Shown in pieces: positions 9,063 through 19,355 of a stretch of 56,528 nucleotides of DNA. The stretch is taken from positions 1 through 56,528 of the forward strand of contig JAHHTE010000001.1 in assembly GCA_020024815.1 (NCBI GenBank), read 5' to 3'. The notes beneath the pieces were generated by a model. That model made no database searches. It had not been told where the DNA came from and saw only the letters and a list, made by a program, of their open reading frames with translations. The translations under genes were made by a program, and so were the position numbers. The DNA is from Mailhella sp. GTDB taxonomy: Bacteria > Desulfobacterota > Desulfovibrionia > Desulfovibrionales > Desulfovibrionaceae. Each line of letters begins with the position of its first letter. The stretch's first letter is position 1.

Positions 9063-9800
9063 ATGGCAACAATTCATTTTATATTGCAAGGAAAAGGTGG
9101 TGTCGGCAAAAGTATGGTCGCTTCCATGATTTTTCAACATTTCATGGAAGAAGGATATAATGTTTTGGGATATGATACTGATCCCGTAAATAAAACTTTA
9201 TCTTCATATAAAGAGTTTCAGAATATTACCTCAATAAACATTTTACAAGATGACGGCAATAATATTGATTCTCGTAAATTTGATTTACTATATGAAGAAC
9301 TTTATGAAAATTCTGATGAAAATACCCATATCATTATTGATAATGGTGCAAGTTCTTTTCTTGCTCTTGGTGCATATATTCGTGATAATAATATGCTTGA
9401 AGAACTAGAACAAAAACACACAGTTTATTTACATACTATTATTACTGGCGGTCAAGCTTTGTTTGATACATTAACAGGGCTTGCTTCTTTAGCTAAAAAC
9501 TTCCCAAACAGTAATATCATCGCATGGCTTAATCCGTATTTCGGCAAAATTGGTACAGATAATTCGCCTACATTTTATGATTTAAATGTTTATCGTGACT
9601 TTGGAGATAAAATAAAATCTGTAATCGAACTGCCTATTGGTAACAAAGATTTAATCGGCAAAGACTTAGAAATGTTGTTTGCCAAAAAACAAAGTTTTCA
9701 ATCTGGCATAAATGGTAGCAACCCCATCGCAGTAAAATCTCGATTAAGAAAATATTGGGCTGATATGAAGAACAGAATTGATAATGCTTATATTTTTTAG
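9063..9800 (+). CDS. traL: Conjugal transfer protein TraL (ParA-like P-loop)
   Basis: IHFILQGKGGVGKS, DTDPVN, IIDNGASSF, LHTIITGGQA motifs. Confidence 0.9.
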   Translation: MATIHFILQGKGGVGKSMVASMIFQHFMEEGYNVLGYDTDPVNKTLSSYKEFQNITSINILQDDGNNIDSRKFDLLYEELYENSDENTHIIIDNGASSFLALGAYIRDNNMLEELEQKHTVYLHTIITGGQALFDTLTGLASLAKNFPNSNIIAWLNPYFGKIGTDNSPTFYDLNVYRDFGDKIKSVIELPIGNKDLIGKDLEMLFAKKQSFQSGINGSNPIAVKSRLRKYWADMKNRIDNAYIF

Positions 9801-9814
9801 TTTTGGAGCTTTAA

Positions 9815-10252
9815 ATGGAAGTAATTAACGATTTACAAGAGCCTAACACAGAAGAAAAAAAAGAAAAGTCAAAGGAAAAAGAATATCATTTGCCTGATGG
9901 TTTCGGATTATCGATTGAAGAAGTTCAAAACATTATCAATCAAAAATGTAGTGTAAGTGTTCCTAAAGATGATCCTATTATGTTAATCGTACCAATTTTA
10001 AATGCTTTTTTATTTGAGCAACAAAAGTTGCAAGAAGATTACAAAGAAGGATTAAAAGAAGTTTACCAAGAAGTTTTAAAAGCTTTTATTGTAGAGTTTG
10101 AAGAAAAAGCAACAAAAGGAATTGATGTAAAAGTAACTCATACTGGGGATAATAAGCAAGGAGATAACAAGCAACTAACTATTATTGTTCAATACGTTCT
10201 TATTGTAGCATTAGCTATTACATTAACAACTATTTATCTTTGGAAATTTTAG
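9815..10252 (+). CDS. traM: Conjugal transfer protein TraM-like
   Basis: VSVPKDDPIMLIVPILN motif, C-terminal TM helix, follows traL. Confidence 0.7.
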   Translation: MEVINDLQEPNTEEKKEKSKEKEYHLPDGFGLSIEEVQNIINQKCSVSVPKDDPIMLIVPILNAFLFEQQKLQEDYKEGLKEVYQEVLKAFIVEFEEKATKGIDVKVTHTGDNKQGDNKQLTIIVQYVLIVALAITLTTIYLWKF

Positions 10253-10253
10253 T

Positions 10254-11207
10254 ATGGATAATAAATTATTAGAACAACTTAAATATGCTTGTGGGGAACA
10301 AATTCTCAATGCATTAGCTAATCCTAATATTGTTGAAATTATGCTTAATCCTGATGGTAAATTATGGATTGAAGAATATGGTAAAGACCAAGAGCATATT
10401 GGAACTATTTCCGAAGCAAGTGCAAAAGTTATTATTAGTCTTGTTGCTGATTCATTGGGAAACGTTGTAAATGCAACAACTCCAATAGTAGAAGGAAACT
10501 TCCCTTTAGACGGATCACGTTTTGAGGGTACATATCCTCCGATTGTGGATAAACCAAGTTTTTCAATCAGAAAAAAAGCAAATAAAATTATTCCATTAGA
10601 TGAATATCTTTCTAAGGGAATTATTAACTTAGATGTTGTGAAAATTATCAATCAAGCAATACTTGAAAGAAAAAATATTGTTGTTTGTGGTGGTACTTCA
10701 TCAGGCAAAACAACATTTGTTAATGCTGTTATTGATGTTCTTTCAGAGCTTTGCCCAAAAGATAGACTTTTGATTTTGGAAGATACTCCAGAGTTGCAAA
10801 GTGCCAGTGAAAACACTGTATTCTTTAAAACAAACGATATTGCAAATATAACCATGCAAAGCCTTACCAAAGTTTGTATGCGTTATGCCCCTAAAAGAAT
10901 AATTGTAGGTGAAGTTCGTGATAAAGCAGCATTAGAGCTTTTAAAAGCATGGAATACAGGACATCCAGGCGGAATAGGAACATTACACGCTAATAGTGCA
11001 GAAGAAGCTCTTATGCGACTTGAGGAACTTGTAGAAGAAGCAGGAAATGGATCAAAACCCAAACTCATTGGTCGAGCTATTGATTTAGTTATTTTTATGG
11101 AAAAAACAAAAGAAAATACAAGGAAACTTACTAAAATTATTGAAGTAAAAAAATATAATCCAACAACACAAAATTATGAAACAAATACATTATATGAGAT
11201 AAATTAA
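10254..11207 (+). CDS. trbB: P-type conjugative transfer ATPase TrbB (VirB11)
   Basis: EIMLNPDGKLW, GGTSSGKTT, IIVGEVR, AWNTGHPGG. Confidence 0.95.
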   Translation: MDNKLLEQLKYACGEQILNALANPNIVEIMLNPDGKLWIEEYGKDQEHIGTISEASAKVIISLVADSLGNVVNATTPIVEGNFPLDGSRFEGTYPPIVDKPSFSIRKKANKIIPLDEYLSKGIINLDVVKIINQAILERKNIVVCGGTSSGKTTFVNAVIDVLSELCPKDRLLILEDTPELQSASENTVFFKTNDIANITMQSLTKVCMRYAPKRIIVGEVRDKAALELLKAWNTGHPGGIGTLHANSAEEALMRLEELVEEAGNGSKPKLIGRAIDLVIFMEKTKENTRKLTKIIEVKKYNPTTQNYETNTLYEIN

Positions 11208-11524
11208 TGAAACTAAAAATAATAAAAACTCTTTTAATTATAGCAGTAGCAAGTGCGTTACCTGATATTGCACTAGCAAGTGGTAGTGTAAGTGAATTTA
11301 CCGAACCTTTAGAAAAGTTTGCTAATTTATTAGGCGGTCCGTGGATAAAAGTAATTGGTATGCTAGGATTTATAATTTCAGGTGCTGGGCTTGTTTTTGC
11401 TCGTGAAAACTTAGAAGACTATGTAGTAAAAATTTTTAAAATTGTTCTTGCTCTTTCAGTAGTGTTAGCAGCGTCAAGCTTTGTTTCTAACTTTTTTGGA
11501 TTTTCAGGAGCAACAATCTTATGA
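11207..11524 (+). CDS. trbC: TrbC/VirB2 pilin
   Basis: Signal peptide, PLEK...GP, two hydrophobic helices, C-terminal FFGFSGA. Confidence 0.85.
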   Translation: MKLKIIKTLLIIAVASALPDIALASGSVSEFTEPLEKFANLLGGPWIKVIGMLGFIISGAGLVFARENLEDYVVKIFKIVLALSVVLAASSFVSNFFGFSGATIL

Positions 11525-11811
11525 GAATAATTTCTAAAGCTCTTGTAAGACAAAACTTTATTATGGGAGCAGAGCCTGAGCTTGTAGGTTCTCTTGCAAT
11601 TCTTTGTGGTTCTGTTGTTTTTGCTAACACAAATATACTCAATATATTTTTTACATCTATTATATGGTTTATCGGAGTATTTTTTTTACGAAGATTAGCT
11701 AAAATAGATCCTATTTATTTCAAAGTTTACCAAAGATATTTAGGCTATCAGAAGTTTTATTTAGCTAAAACTTCTATTTGGAGAAACGGGAATGGATATA
11801 AAGCAAAATAA
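11521..11811 (+). CDS. trbD: TrbD/VirB3
   Basis: GAEPEL...LRRLAKIDP...VYQRYL motif; synteny. Confidence 0.85.
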   Translation: MRIISKALVRQNFIMGAEPELVGSLAILCGSVVFANTNILNIFFTSIIWFIGVFFLRRLAKIDPIYFKVYQRYLGYQKFYLAKTSIWRNGNGYKAK

Positions 11812-11911
11812 ATATGATACCAAATTTTATATCTATTTTTTTAGCATTATTTTTTGCTTTAGCATGGTTTATTGCATTTTTTGTATATTAATTCTTTGGA
11901 GTAAATTTTAA
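11792..11911 (+). CDS. Possible small membrane protein (39 aa)
   Basis: Fills the trbD-trbE gap; hydrophobic; stop overlaps the trbE ATG (TAATG). Confidence 0.35.
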   Translation: MDIKQNKYDTKFYIYFFSIIFCFSMVYCIFCILILWSKF

Positions 11912-14292
11912 TGATAAAATTACAAGATTTTCGTTCAAAAGCAAGAGGTTTTTCCGACCTTCTAACGTATGCAGGATTAGTCGATAATGGGATTATTTTG
12001 CAAAAAGATGGGTCTTTTCTTGTTGCATATGAATATACAGGGAAAGATACTGACAGCTCAACAATGGAAGAATTAGAAAATCTTGTTTCTATAATTAACG
12101 ATGGAGTAAAATTACTTGGAACAGGATTTTGTATTCATGTTGATTCAATAAGAAGTTTTAAAAAAGCATATCCAGCAAGAGAGCTTTGTTTCTTCCCTGA
12201 TAAAATCACACAAATGATTGATGATGAAAGACGTGAGTTTTTTGGATCAGATGTTTGCTTTAAAACAAGAAATATTATTTCCATTACCTATAAACCTACT
12301 GGAATTATAGGAGAAAAAAATATTTTAAGTAATGGTTTAACTTTTTTCAAAAGTACATTGGAAAACTTTGAAGATAAGATTTCTAGTGTTCTTTATATAA
12401 ACAGATTAAAAGAATATGAATTAGAACTTGAACCTGATTTTTCCATTACCCAAAGCGATTTATTTACACATATAAATCAATGCATAACTGGTGAATTTCA
12501 ATGTATACAAGTTCCTAAAATACCCATGTATTTGGATAGTATTTTAGGAAATGAAGATTTTATTGGTGGATTTGCTCCCAAAATAGGAAATAAATTTATT
12601 AGAACAATTAGTATTGACGGATTTCCACAAGAAAGTTTTCCTTGTATGCTATCTATTTTTGATACACTTCCTTTTGAATTTCGATTTAATACACGTTTTT
12701 TGTGTTTAGATAACTTTGACGCTGTCAAAGAAACAGAAAAATATGTGAAAAGTTGGAATAGTAGTGTTCTTGGTTTTTTCGACAAAATATTTAATAACCC
12801 TAACCCAAAAATTAACCAAGACGCTATAATAATGAAAACTGACGCTGAAGAAGTAAAATTGGAAGTGCAATCCAATGATATTTCCGTTGGTTATATGACG
12901 TCTACAATCATCATTTTAGATGAAGAAGAAAATTCTTTAGAAGAAAAAGCAAGAGAAATTAGACGTGTATTACAAAATTTAGGTTTTACTTGCCGATTTG
13001 AAACAATCAATGCGATTGAAGCATATCTTGGTTCATTACCAGGCAATACTTACGCTAATTTGCGTAGACCATTGATAAAAACAAATAATTTAGCTGACTT
13101 ATTACCTTTATCAACTGTTTATGTCGGTGAAATGTATAATCCTTGTCCATTTTACCCTCAAGGATCTAGACCGTTAGCTGTATTTACAACAGATAATACC
13201 ACACCATTTTGGTTTAACATTCACAATGGTGATATTGGGCATACACTTATGCTCGGTCCGACTGGTGCAGGTAAATCAACATTTATTGCATTACTTGTTG
13301 CTCAATTTAGAGGATATAAAAATGCACAGATTTTTGCTTTTGATAAAGGTAACTCATTACTTCCTCTTTGCTATGGAGCAAACGGCTCTCATTATGAAAT
13401 AGGCGTAAATGAAGAGCTTTGCTTTTGTCCTTTACAAAATATTGATGAAAGTCCTGCCGAAATGGCTTTTTGTGAAGAATGGATAGCTATGCTTTTAGAA
13501 TTACAAAGTTATAAACTTACTCCAAAAGCAAAAAATGAAATACACAATGCAATGGAAAATCTTGCTACGCAACCTAAAAATATGCGTTCAATTACTAACT
13601 TTATCTTTTTAGTGCAAGATATTGAGATAAAAGAAGCTCTTAATCCATACTCAAGAAATGGTGTTTATAAAAACTTGATTGATTCAGATAGTGATACATT
13701 AGGCTTATCTTCTTTTATTGTTTTTGAAATGGAAGAAATAATGAATATGGGAGATAAAATTCTTATTCCTATTCTGACGTATATTTTTCATAGAATAGAA
13801 AAATCTTTGAAAGGACAACCCTCTTTACTTGTTCTTGATGAAGCATGGATCATGCTTGGACACCCAGTATTTAGAGCTAAAATAAGAGGATGGCTTAAAG
13901 TTCTTCGTAAAGCAAATTGTGCAGTATTTTTAGCAACACAAAGTTTATCAGATATAAAAAATTCAGGCATTATGGACGTTTTAGTTGAGTCTTGCCCAAC
14001 CAAAATTTTATTACCTAACGCAAACGCAATACAAGAAGAACAATACAAACTTTATAAAGATATTGGTCTTAACGATCGTGAAATAGAAACACTATCAAGA
14101 TACGCATTACCTAAAAAAGATTATTACATTATAAATAGTTATGGTCGTAGATTAGTTCAGTTAGCTTTAGAAAAAAAGACACTCGCTTTTGTAGGTGCAA
14201 GCGATAAAGAAAGCATTGCACGCATAAAAGAACTTAGAGCAGAAGATAACAATAATTGGCAAGATAGATGGATTGCTGAAAGGGTAAGATAG
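11911..14292 (+). CDS. trbE: TrbE/VirB4 ATPase
   Basis: GHTLMLGPTGAGKST, FAFDKG, LDEAW, LRKANCAVFLATQS. Confidence 0.95.
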   Translation: MIKLQDFRSKARGFSDLLTYAGLVDNGIILQKDGSFLVAYEYTGKDTDSSTMEELENLVSIINDGVKLLGTGFCIHVDSIRSFKKAYPARELCFFPDKITQMIDDERREFFGSDVCFKTRNIISITYKPTGIIGEKNILSNGLTFFKSTLENFEDKISSVLYINRLKEYELELEPDFSITQSDLFTHINQCITGEFQCIQVPKIPMYLDSILGNEDFIGGFAPKIGNKFIRTISIDGFPQESFPCMLSIFDTLPFEFRFNTRFLCLDNFDAVKETEKYVKSWNSSVLGFFDKIFNNPNPKINQDAIIMKTDAEEVKLEVQSNDISVGYMTSTIIILDEEENSLEEKAREIRRVLQNLGFTCRFETINAIEAYLGSLPGNTYANLRRPLIKTNNLADLLPLSTVYVGEMYNPCPFYPQGSRPLAVFTTDNTTPFWFNIHNGDIGHTLMLGPTGAGKSTFIALLVAQFRGYKNAQIFAFDKGNSLLPLCYGANGSHYEIGVNEELCFCPLQNIDESPAEMAFCEEWIAMLLELQSYKLTPKAKNEIHNAMENLATQPKNMRSITNFIFLVQDIEIKEALNPYSRNGVYKNLIDSDSDTLGLSSFIVFEMEEIMNMGDKILIPILTYIFHRIEKSLKGQPSLLVLDEAWIMLGHPVFRAKIRGWLKVLRKANCAVFLATQSLSDIKNSGIMDVLVESCPTKILLPNANAIQEEQYKLYKDIGLNDREIETLSRYALPKKDYYIINSYGRRLVQLALEKKTLAFVGASDKESIARIKELRAEDNNNWQDRWIAERVR

Positions 14293-14294
14293 TT

Positions 14295-15155
14295 ATGTGT
14301 AAAGAAACAGGTTTTAAATGGAAAGATATTTATATTTGGGGTGAAAATAACCAAGCTCAGCGTGTTAATACAATCGAACAAGCCTTAAAACAAGGTGATT
14401 TGGGTTGTTATGTAATTTGTGATACAGATGATTATTTTGCGACTGGTTATGGTTATTCACTCGAAGAAGCTCTTGTAGGTTTAATAATTGATTCAGGACT
14501 TCAAGAACATATTCTTGATCAGCAAGAGTGCATTAAATTTAGTGCCTATCTTCCTGAAAAATTGGGAGCAGATTTGTGTGTATATCCTGCGAGTGAACAA
14601 CTAATTAGCGAAGTAGAACATTATTGTTCCGTTCAATGTAAGTTTACAGGAAAAATGGCTGAACGACTTGATAATTCTAGTCTTCAAAGATTTATTGCAC
14701 GATTTAAGCAAGTTATTCAAAGTTATAATTTAAAATATCCTATTATTTCTGTTTATGTTCCTGAAAATGAGAAAGACCCTAAACTTTATTATCCTATGAG
14801 ATATGTAAAAGAATATCTTCCTTTTATAAAAGACCAAGAAGAATTGTATGCTCTTGAAAAAGAACTCGCAACTCAAACAAAAATTTTTATCAAACTTACT
14901 GATAAAAAACATGTTCTATTATTTGAGTTTGTTCTTGTATGCTCTTCTGGAAATAATCTTTTTAATAGCGAAGTATTAGAACTTGATAATGTCCATTATA
15001 TTAAAAATAATTTAATAAGGTATGAAGCGTTAGATTTTATTAATGAAATCTTCTTCAGTGAAGAATTTTCAAAACATTATTATACAAGTCTAGCTCCTGA
15101 ACTCCTGAATTCTTTCAGCTCTGATAATTTTTATTTTCTTCACCCAGTAAAATAG
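14295..15155 (+). CDS. Hypothetical protein, paralog A1
   Basis: Clearly homologous to 15798..16655. Confidence 0.8.
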   Translation: MCKETGFKWKDIYIWGENNQAQRVNTIEQALKQGDLGCYVICDTDDYFATGYGYSLEEALVGLIIDSGLQEHILDQQECIKFSAYLPEKLGADLCVYPASEQLISEVEHYCSVQCKFTGKMAERLDNSSLQRFIARFKQVIQSYNLKYPIISVYVPENEKDPKLYYPMRYVKEYLPFIKDQEELYALEKELATQTKIFIKLTDKKHVLLFEFVLVCSSGNNLFNSEVLELDNVHYIKNNLIRYEALDFINEIFFSEEFSKHYYTSLAPELLNSFSSDNFYFLHPVK

Positions 15156-15167
15156 GAGAGAACGATT

Positions 15168-15605
15168 ATGTCATGGTTTTATTGTTCGGATGATGAAGTC
15201 AGAAAAATTTTAGAAAGAAAATTATCTGATGTTGATACCCTTGTCGAAATTATAAAAGTAAAAGCAAACTCATACGGTTCTCTTTTTGTTCATGTCCCTC
15301 CTCCTGAATATTATTATTTTTCTGATATTATCCTTGAAATAGTAAGCCATGATACAAGAGATTATTTTAAAATTTTACCAAGTAAACAAAATTCATTTTG
15401 TAATATACGAGAAAGAACATATTACAAAAGTACATGTTACAGTTTTATGTATTTTTATAATATATTCCTTGAGGTTAAACTAATAAAAGATTTTGTTAAA
15501 AAAATAATGATGGATAATCATTTTATGGCAAAATCTCTGATAACCATGCAGTTAGGAGCAAAAGGAATGAATGTTATACATGAATTATCATCATTTTTAA
15601 AATGA
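15168..15605 (+). CDS. Hypothetical protein, paralog B1
   Basis: Homologous to 16668..17111; AGGAG RBS. Confidence 0.8.
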   Translation: MSWFYCSDDEVRKILERKLSDVDTLVEIIKVKANSYGSLFVHVPPPEYYYFSDIILEIVSHDTRDYFKILPSKQNSFCNIRERTYYKSTCYSFMYFYNIFLEVKLIKDFVKKIMMDNHFMAKSLITMQLGAKGMNVIHELSSFLK

Positions 15606-15778
15606 GTATATTTTTCAGATAATTCAGTTGGGGTATTACTGATAGTTGGAGTTCCAAATATATAAATATAAAAGTTTTTATTCTGTTCACAATAAGTTTT
15701 CCAATTTTTATGACAATCTTTAATTGCAGATATAAAAGTAGGAGTATTAGTATCAGGATTTACTTTAATAATAACAGG
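15518..15778 (-). pseudogene. 5'-truncated paralog of the 342-aa minus-strand gene
   Basis: Open frame PVIIKVNPDTNTPTF...YIYIFGTPT...PTELS...SCITFIPFAPNCMVIRDFAIK* matches the C-terminus of 17006..18034; cut at the duplication junction. Confidence 0.8.
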
Positions 15779-15797
15779 CTGAAAGGGTAAGATAGTT

Positions 15798-16655
15798 ATG
15801 TGTAAAGAAACAGGTTTTAAATGGAAAGATATTTATGTTTGGGGTGCATTTGACCAAAATCAACGAGTTGACACAATTGAACAAGCTTTTAAAGAAGACC
15901 GCTTAGGTTGCTATATAATTTGTGATGCCAATAACCACATTGTAAAAAGTTTTGGGTATCAACTCGACGAAGCTCTTGTAGGTTTAATAATTGATTCAGG
16001 ACTTCAAGAACATGTTCTTGATCAGCAAGAGTGCATTAAATTTAGCGACCATCTTCCAGAAAAATTGGGAGCTGATTTGTGTGTATATCCTGCAAGTGAA
16101 AAACTAATTTGCGAAGCAGAACATAACTGCTCTGTACAATGTAAATTTACAGGCAAACTAGCTGTTCGAGCAGATAATTTCAGTCTTCAAAAATTTATTG
16201 CACAATTTAAACAATTTATCCAAAGCTATAATTTGGAAAATCCAGTCATTTCTGTTTATGTACCCGAAAATGAAAATGACTCTCTGCTCTATCATCCAAT
16301 GAGATATGTAAAAGAATATCTTCCTGATATAAAAGACTATGAAGAACTGTATGTATATGAAAAAGAACTAGCAACTCAAACAAAAATCTTTATAAAGATT
16401 TGTGATAAAAAGCATGTTTTAATATTTGAATTTGTTCTTGTTTGTTCGTCTAATGAAGTTTTTAATAAAGATATAATAGAAATTGGTAATATTCATTATA
16501 TCAAGAATAATTTAATAAGAAACAATGTCAGAGATTTTATAAAGATAATTTTCTTTGATGAAGAATTTACAGAACATTTTTATACAAGCCTTGCCCCTGA
16601 GCTTTTGAATTCTTTTAGTTCCAATAATTTTTATTTTCTTCACCCGATAAAATAG
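15798..16655 (+). CDS. Hypothetical protein, paralog A2
   Basis: Homologous to 14295..15155. Confidence 0.8.
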   Translation: MCKETGFKWKDIYVWGAFDQNQRVDTIEQAFKEDRLGCYIICDANNHIVKSFGYQLDEALVGLIIDSGLQEHVLDQQECIKFSDHLPEKLGADLCVYPASEKLICEAEHNCSVQCKFTGKLAVRADNFSLQKFIAQFKQFIQSYNLENPVISVYVPENENDSLLYHPMRYVKEYLPDIKDYEELYVYEKELATQTKIFIKICDKKHVLIFEFVLVCSSNEVFNKDIIEIGNIHYIKNNLIRNNVRDFIKIIFFDEEFTEHFYTSLAPELLNSFSSNNFYFLHPIK

Positions 16656-16667
16656 GAGAAAACGATT

Positions 16668-17111
16668 ATGTCATGGTTTTATTGTTCTGATGATGAAGTC
16701 AAAAAAATTATAGAAAAGAAATTATCTGAAGTAGATACCCTTATTGAAATCATAAAAGTAAAAACTAATAATTTGGGTTCACTCTTTGTTTATGTTCCTC
16801 ACACAAAGGACTATGCAAACAAAAATGCTAAAATGATTATTGAAATAACAGCGTGTAATGAAAAAATTTATTTTACAATTTTATTTGATAAAAAAAGTTC
16901 TTTTTTGAATATGAAAGAAAGAACATATTATAAAGGTAGCCGTTATAAGTGCATACATTTTTATAATATATCTCTTTCTGTCAATTTAATAAGAGACTTT
17001 ATAGCTCAATTATTTTCATCTTTTTGTTTTATCTCAAAATCTCTAATAACCATGCAATTGGGAGCAAACGGAGTAAATGTTATACATGATTTACCATATT
17101 TTTTTAAATAA
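16668..17111 (+). CDS. Hypothetical protein, paralog B2
   Basis: Homologous to 15168..15605. Confidence 0.8.
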   Translation: MSWFYCSDDEVKKIIEKKLSEVDTLIEIIKVKTNNLGSLFVYVPHTKDYANKNAKMIIEITACNEKIYFTILFDKKSSFLNMKERTYYKGSRYKCIHFYNISLSVNLIRDFIAQLFSSFCFISKSLITMQLGANGVNVIHDLPYFFK

Positions 17112-18034
17112 TTAAGTTTATTGGATAGTTCTGTAGGAATAGTTCCTAACGTTGGAGTTCCAACTATATAAATATAATAGGATGTTCCGTTTTTTTGATA
17201 TAATTTTCTATCATCATAGCGAGTTCTAATATCATTCATAAAATTACGAGTATTTGTGTTTGGGTCAACAGTAATAATTATTGGAAGACAAATTCCATTA
17301 TAATCGACAGGATAACAAGAGATATAAAATGTATCATCAAATTTATACACAATTGCTTTTTTCCAAAAAATATGAAGTGTGTCATCTAATTTTTTTGATT
17401 CATTCATATCAAAAAATAACTCGTTATACGTACAACGTTTGTCAGGAGGTACCGTTATAAAAACTCTATCTAAGTCGTTATGGTCAGCTAATTCTTTTGC
17501 TTTATCAATAATTTTTGCAAGAGAGTTTGTTCTTCTAGGAGTAGTATAACAATATCTTTGTATTTCTGTTTTTGAAGTACAGTTATTAGCTTTTATTTGT
17601 TGTTTTATTTCAGAATGATAATCTGGAATTTGAGGATTAAAAACTATTTCGTCATAAGCAAAATGAGAACTATCATGAGAAACCTCTTGAACAATATTGT
17701 AAATTGGTTGGTTATTTGCTTGAAGGTTGGCTCTTATTTGTCTTTGATTGGCGATTACTTCCTCAACATTTTGAGAAACAATTGTATAATTGCAGTTTTC
17801 ACTATGTTTATGGTTTGGACATATGGCAAAATAAGGAGAAACTTTATAAGTTTCATTTGGAGTATGTGGGCAAGCACATGCTTTCATGCGAGTTTCAGGG
17901 CATTCATGTCTGCAATCTTCATCGGGGCATAATAATGTAAGAGGTTCAGTATGGTCTTTTGTGTAAGTAATATAATCTTCGGTAGAAATTTCAGTTTGAA
18001 GTTCTTGGCAATAAACAGTTTCAAATTTAGCCAT
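17006..18034 (-). CDS. Hypothetical protein with N-terminal Cys/His (zinc-binding-like) domain
   Basis: LLCPDEDC...PYFAICPNHKHSENC; AAGGAG RBS; 3' end overlaps paralog B2 in antisense. Confidence 0.8.
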   Translation of the reverse strand: MAKFETVYCQELQTEISTEDYITYTKDHTEPLTLLCPDEDCRHECPETRMKACACPHTPNETYKVSPYFAICPNHKHSENCNYTIVSQNVEEVIANQRQIRANLQANNQPIYNIVQEVSHDSSHFAYDEIVFNPQIPDYHSEIKQQIKANNCTSKTEIQRYCYTTPRRTNSLAKIIDKAKELADHNDLDRVFITVPPDKRCTYNELFFDMNESKKLDDTLHIFWKKAIVYKFDDTFYISCYPVDYNGICLPIIITVDPNTNTRNFMNDIRTRYDDRKLYQKNGTSYYIYIVGTPTLGTIPTELSNKLNYLKKYGKSCITFTPFAPNCMVIRDFEIKQKDENN

Positions 18035-18111
18035 ATAAGCTCCTTTGTAAAAATTTAATTATTTTCAATATATTATATGCAAAAATAAAAAAAAGTAAAA
18101 CAAGGTGTATT

Positions 18112-18543
18112 ATGAAAAATAATCAAAGTTATACAAAACTATTAAATACGTTATATTCATACTGTCAGCCTATGTCTGGTTCTCGGTGTCTTTATATATA
18201 TTCCTCGAGAATTAATGAATTTAAAAATAATAAAGGTCAAATTATTATATTAGATGAATTTAGGTCGTCTCAAGGTGGATTTATAATACACCTGGATATA
18301 ACAGAGAAAGACAATATTAAAAAAATTAGTACAGAGACTATTTATGACGGAGAAATGAACAAAATTGATTATCGTCATCAAATTGAGCTTTCACCTCTGA
18401 CAGCTAAGAGGTTTATCTCTCATATATTGTTTTCTGACACGGAATTTTCACAAAAATACTTTGTAACTGTTCCTTCTATAATTTTAACGAAGATTTTGAA
18501 TAACACATTAAAAGAATGTCAATCAGGCAACTATTACAAATAA
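18112..18543 (+). CDS. Hypothetical protein
   Basis: 143-aa ORF with AAGGTG RBS; C-terminus weakly resembles paralogs A and B. Confidence 0.7.
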   Translation: MKNNQSYTKLLNTLYSYCQPMSGSRCLYIYSSRINEFKNNKGQIIILDEFRSSQGGFIIHLDITEKDNIKKISTETIYDGEMNKIDYRHQIELSPLTAKRFISHILFSDTEFSQKYFVTVPSIILTKILNNTLKECQSGNYYK

Positions 18544-18554
18544 AAGGAAAAGCC

Positions 18555-19355
18555 ATGACCAAGAAATTTTTATTAATAGCATTATGTAGTTTTTTTATTG
18601 GAGTTAATGAAGGTAATGCTTTTACAATGTATTGTGTAAATTGTTCTGACAGGTTTATGCAAGCACTTGAAAGGGTTACAAATTTAGAACAACTTAAGCA
18701 ATTATATCTTGATTATGGTGAGTCTGTGCAACAGACTGCACATCAACTCAAAAACGTGCAACAAAATGTGGAAATGATAACGGACATGATCCACAATACT
18801 ACTGCATTACCTCGAAACCTTGTACGCGAAGGTTATAACGAATTAACACGCTTAGCACAAATAACTAACTCTATAAACACCATAAAATCTGACATTATGG
18901 GTTTAGAAAAAATATTTGATGAAAAGTATAAAACACAAGAAGAACTAAATAGAATTGCTAATTTTCCTAATGAGCTTGTAAGTGAAAGAAATATAACAAT
19001 ACGAGCAAATATGAAAATTATGAATGAAAGAATTGACGAAGCAACAAAAGCGACCTTTCAACTTTCAGGTTCACAATTAAAAGAACTTGAAGATAGTGGT
19101 CAATTAGAAGCACATATTAATGCTTTAATGGAAAGTGATGGAAGAAATGGAATTTTAATGGCTGCAAATAAACTTGCTCAAGAACAAATTAAAGAAACAA
19201 GACAATTACGGGAACTTATTGCAACCACTGTTCAATCTAATCTCGCCACGCAAGTGCGTGACGAGAAAGAGAAACAGTTGAGTGATGAAGTTGATAAAAG
19301 AATTACAGATATATATAAAGATCCACCATTAAAAGATTTCCCAAGTCTATATTAA
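18555..19355 (+). CDS. trbJ: TrbJ/VirB5-like protein
   Basis: Signal peptide followed by YCVNCS motif; start placed at ATG 18555 after AAAGGA. Confidence 0.85.
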   Translation: MTKKFLLIALCSFFIGVNEGNAFTMYCVNCSDRFMQALERVTNLEQLKQLYLDYGESVQQTAHQLKNVQQNVEMITDMIHNTTALPRNLVREGYNELTRLAQITNSINTIKSDIMGLEKIFDEKYKTQEELNRIANFPNELVSERNITIRANMKIMNERIDEATKATFQLSGSQLKELEDSGQLEAHINALMESDGRNGILMAANKLAQEQIKETRQLRELIATTVQSNLATQVRDEKEKQLSDEVDKRITDIYKDPPLKDFPSLY

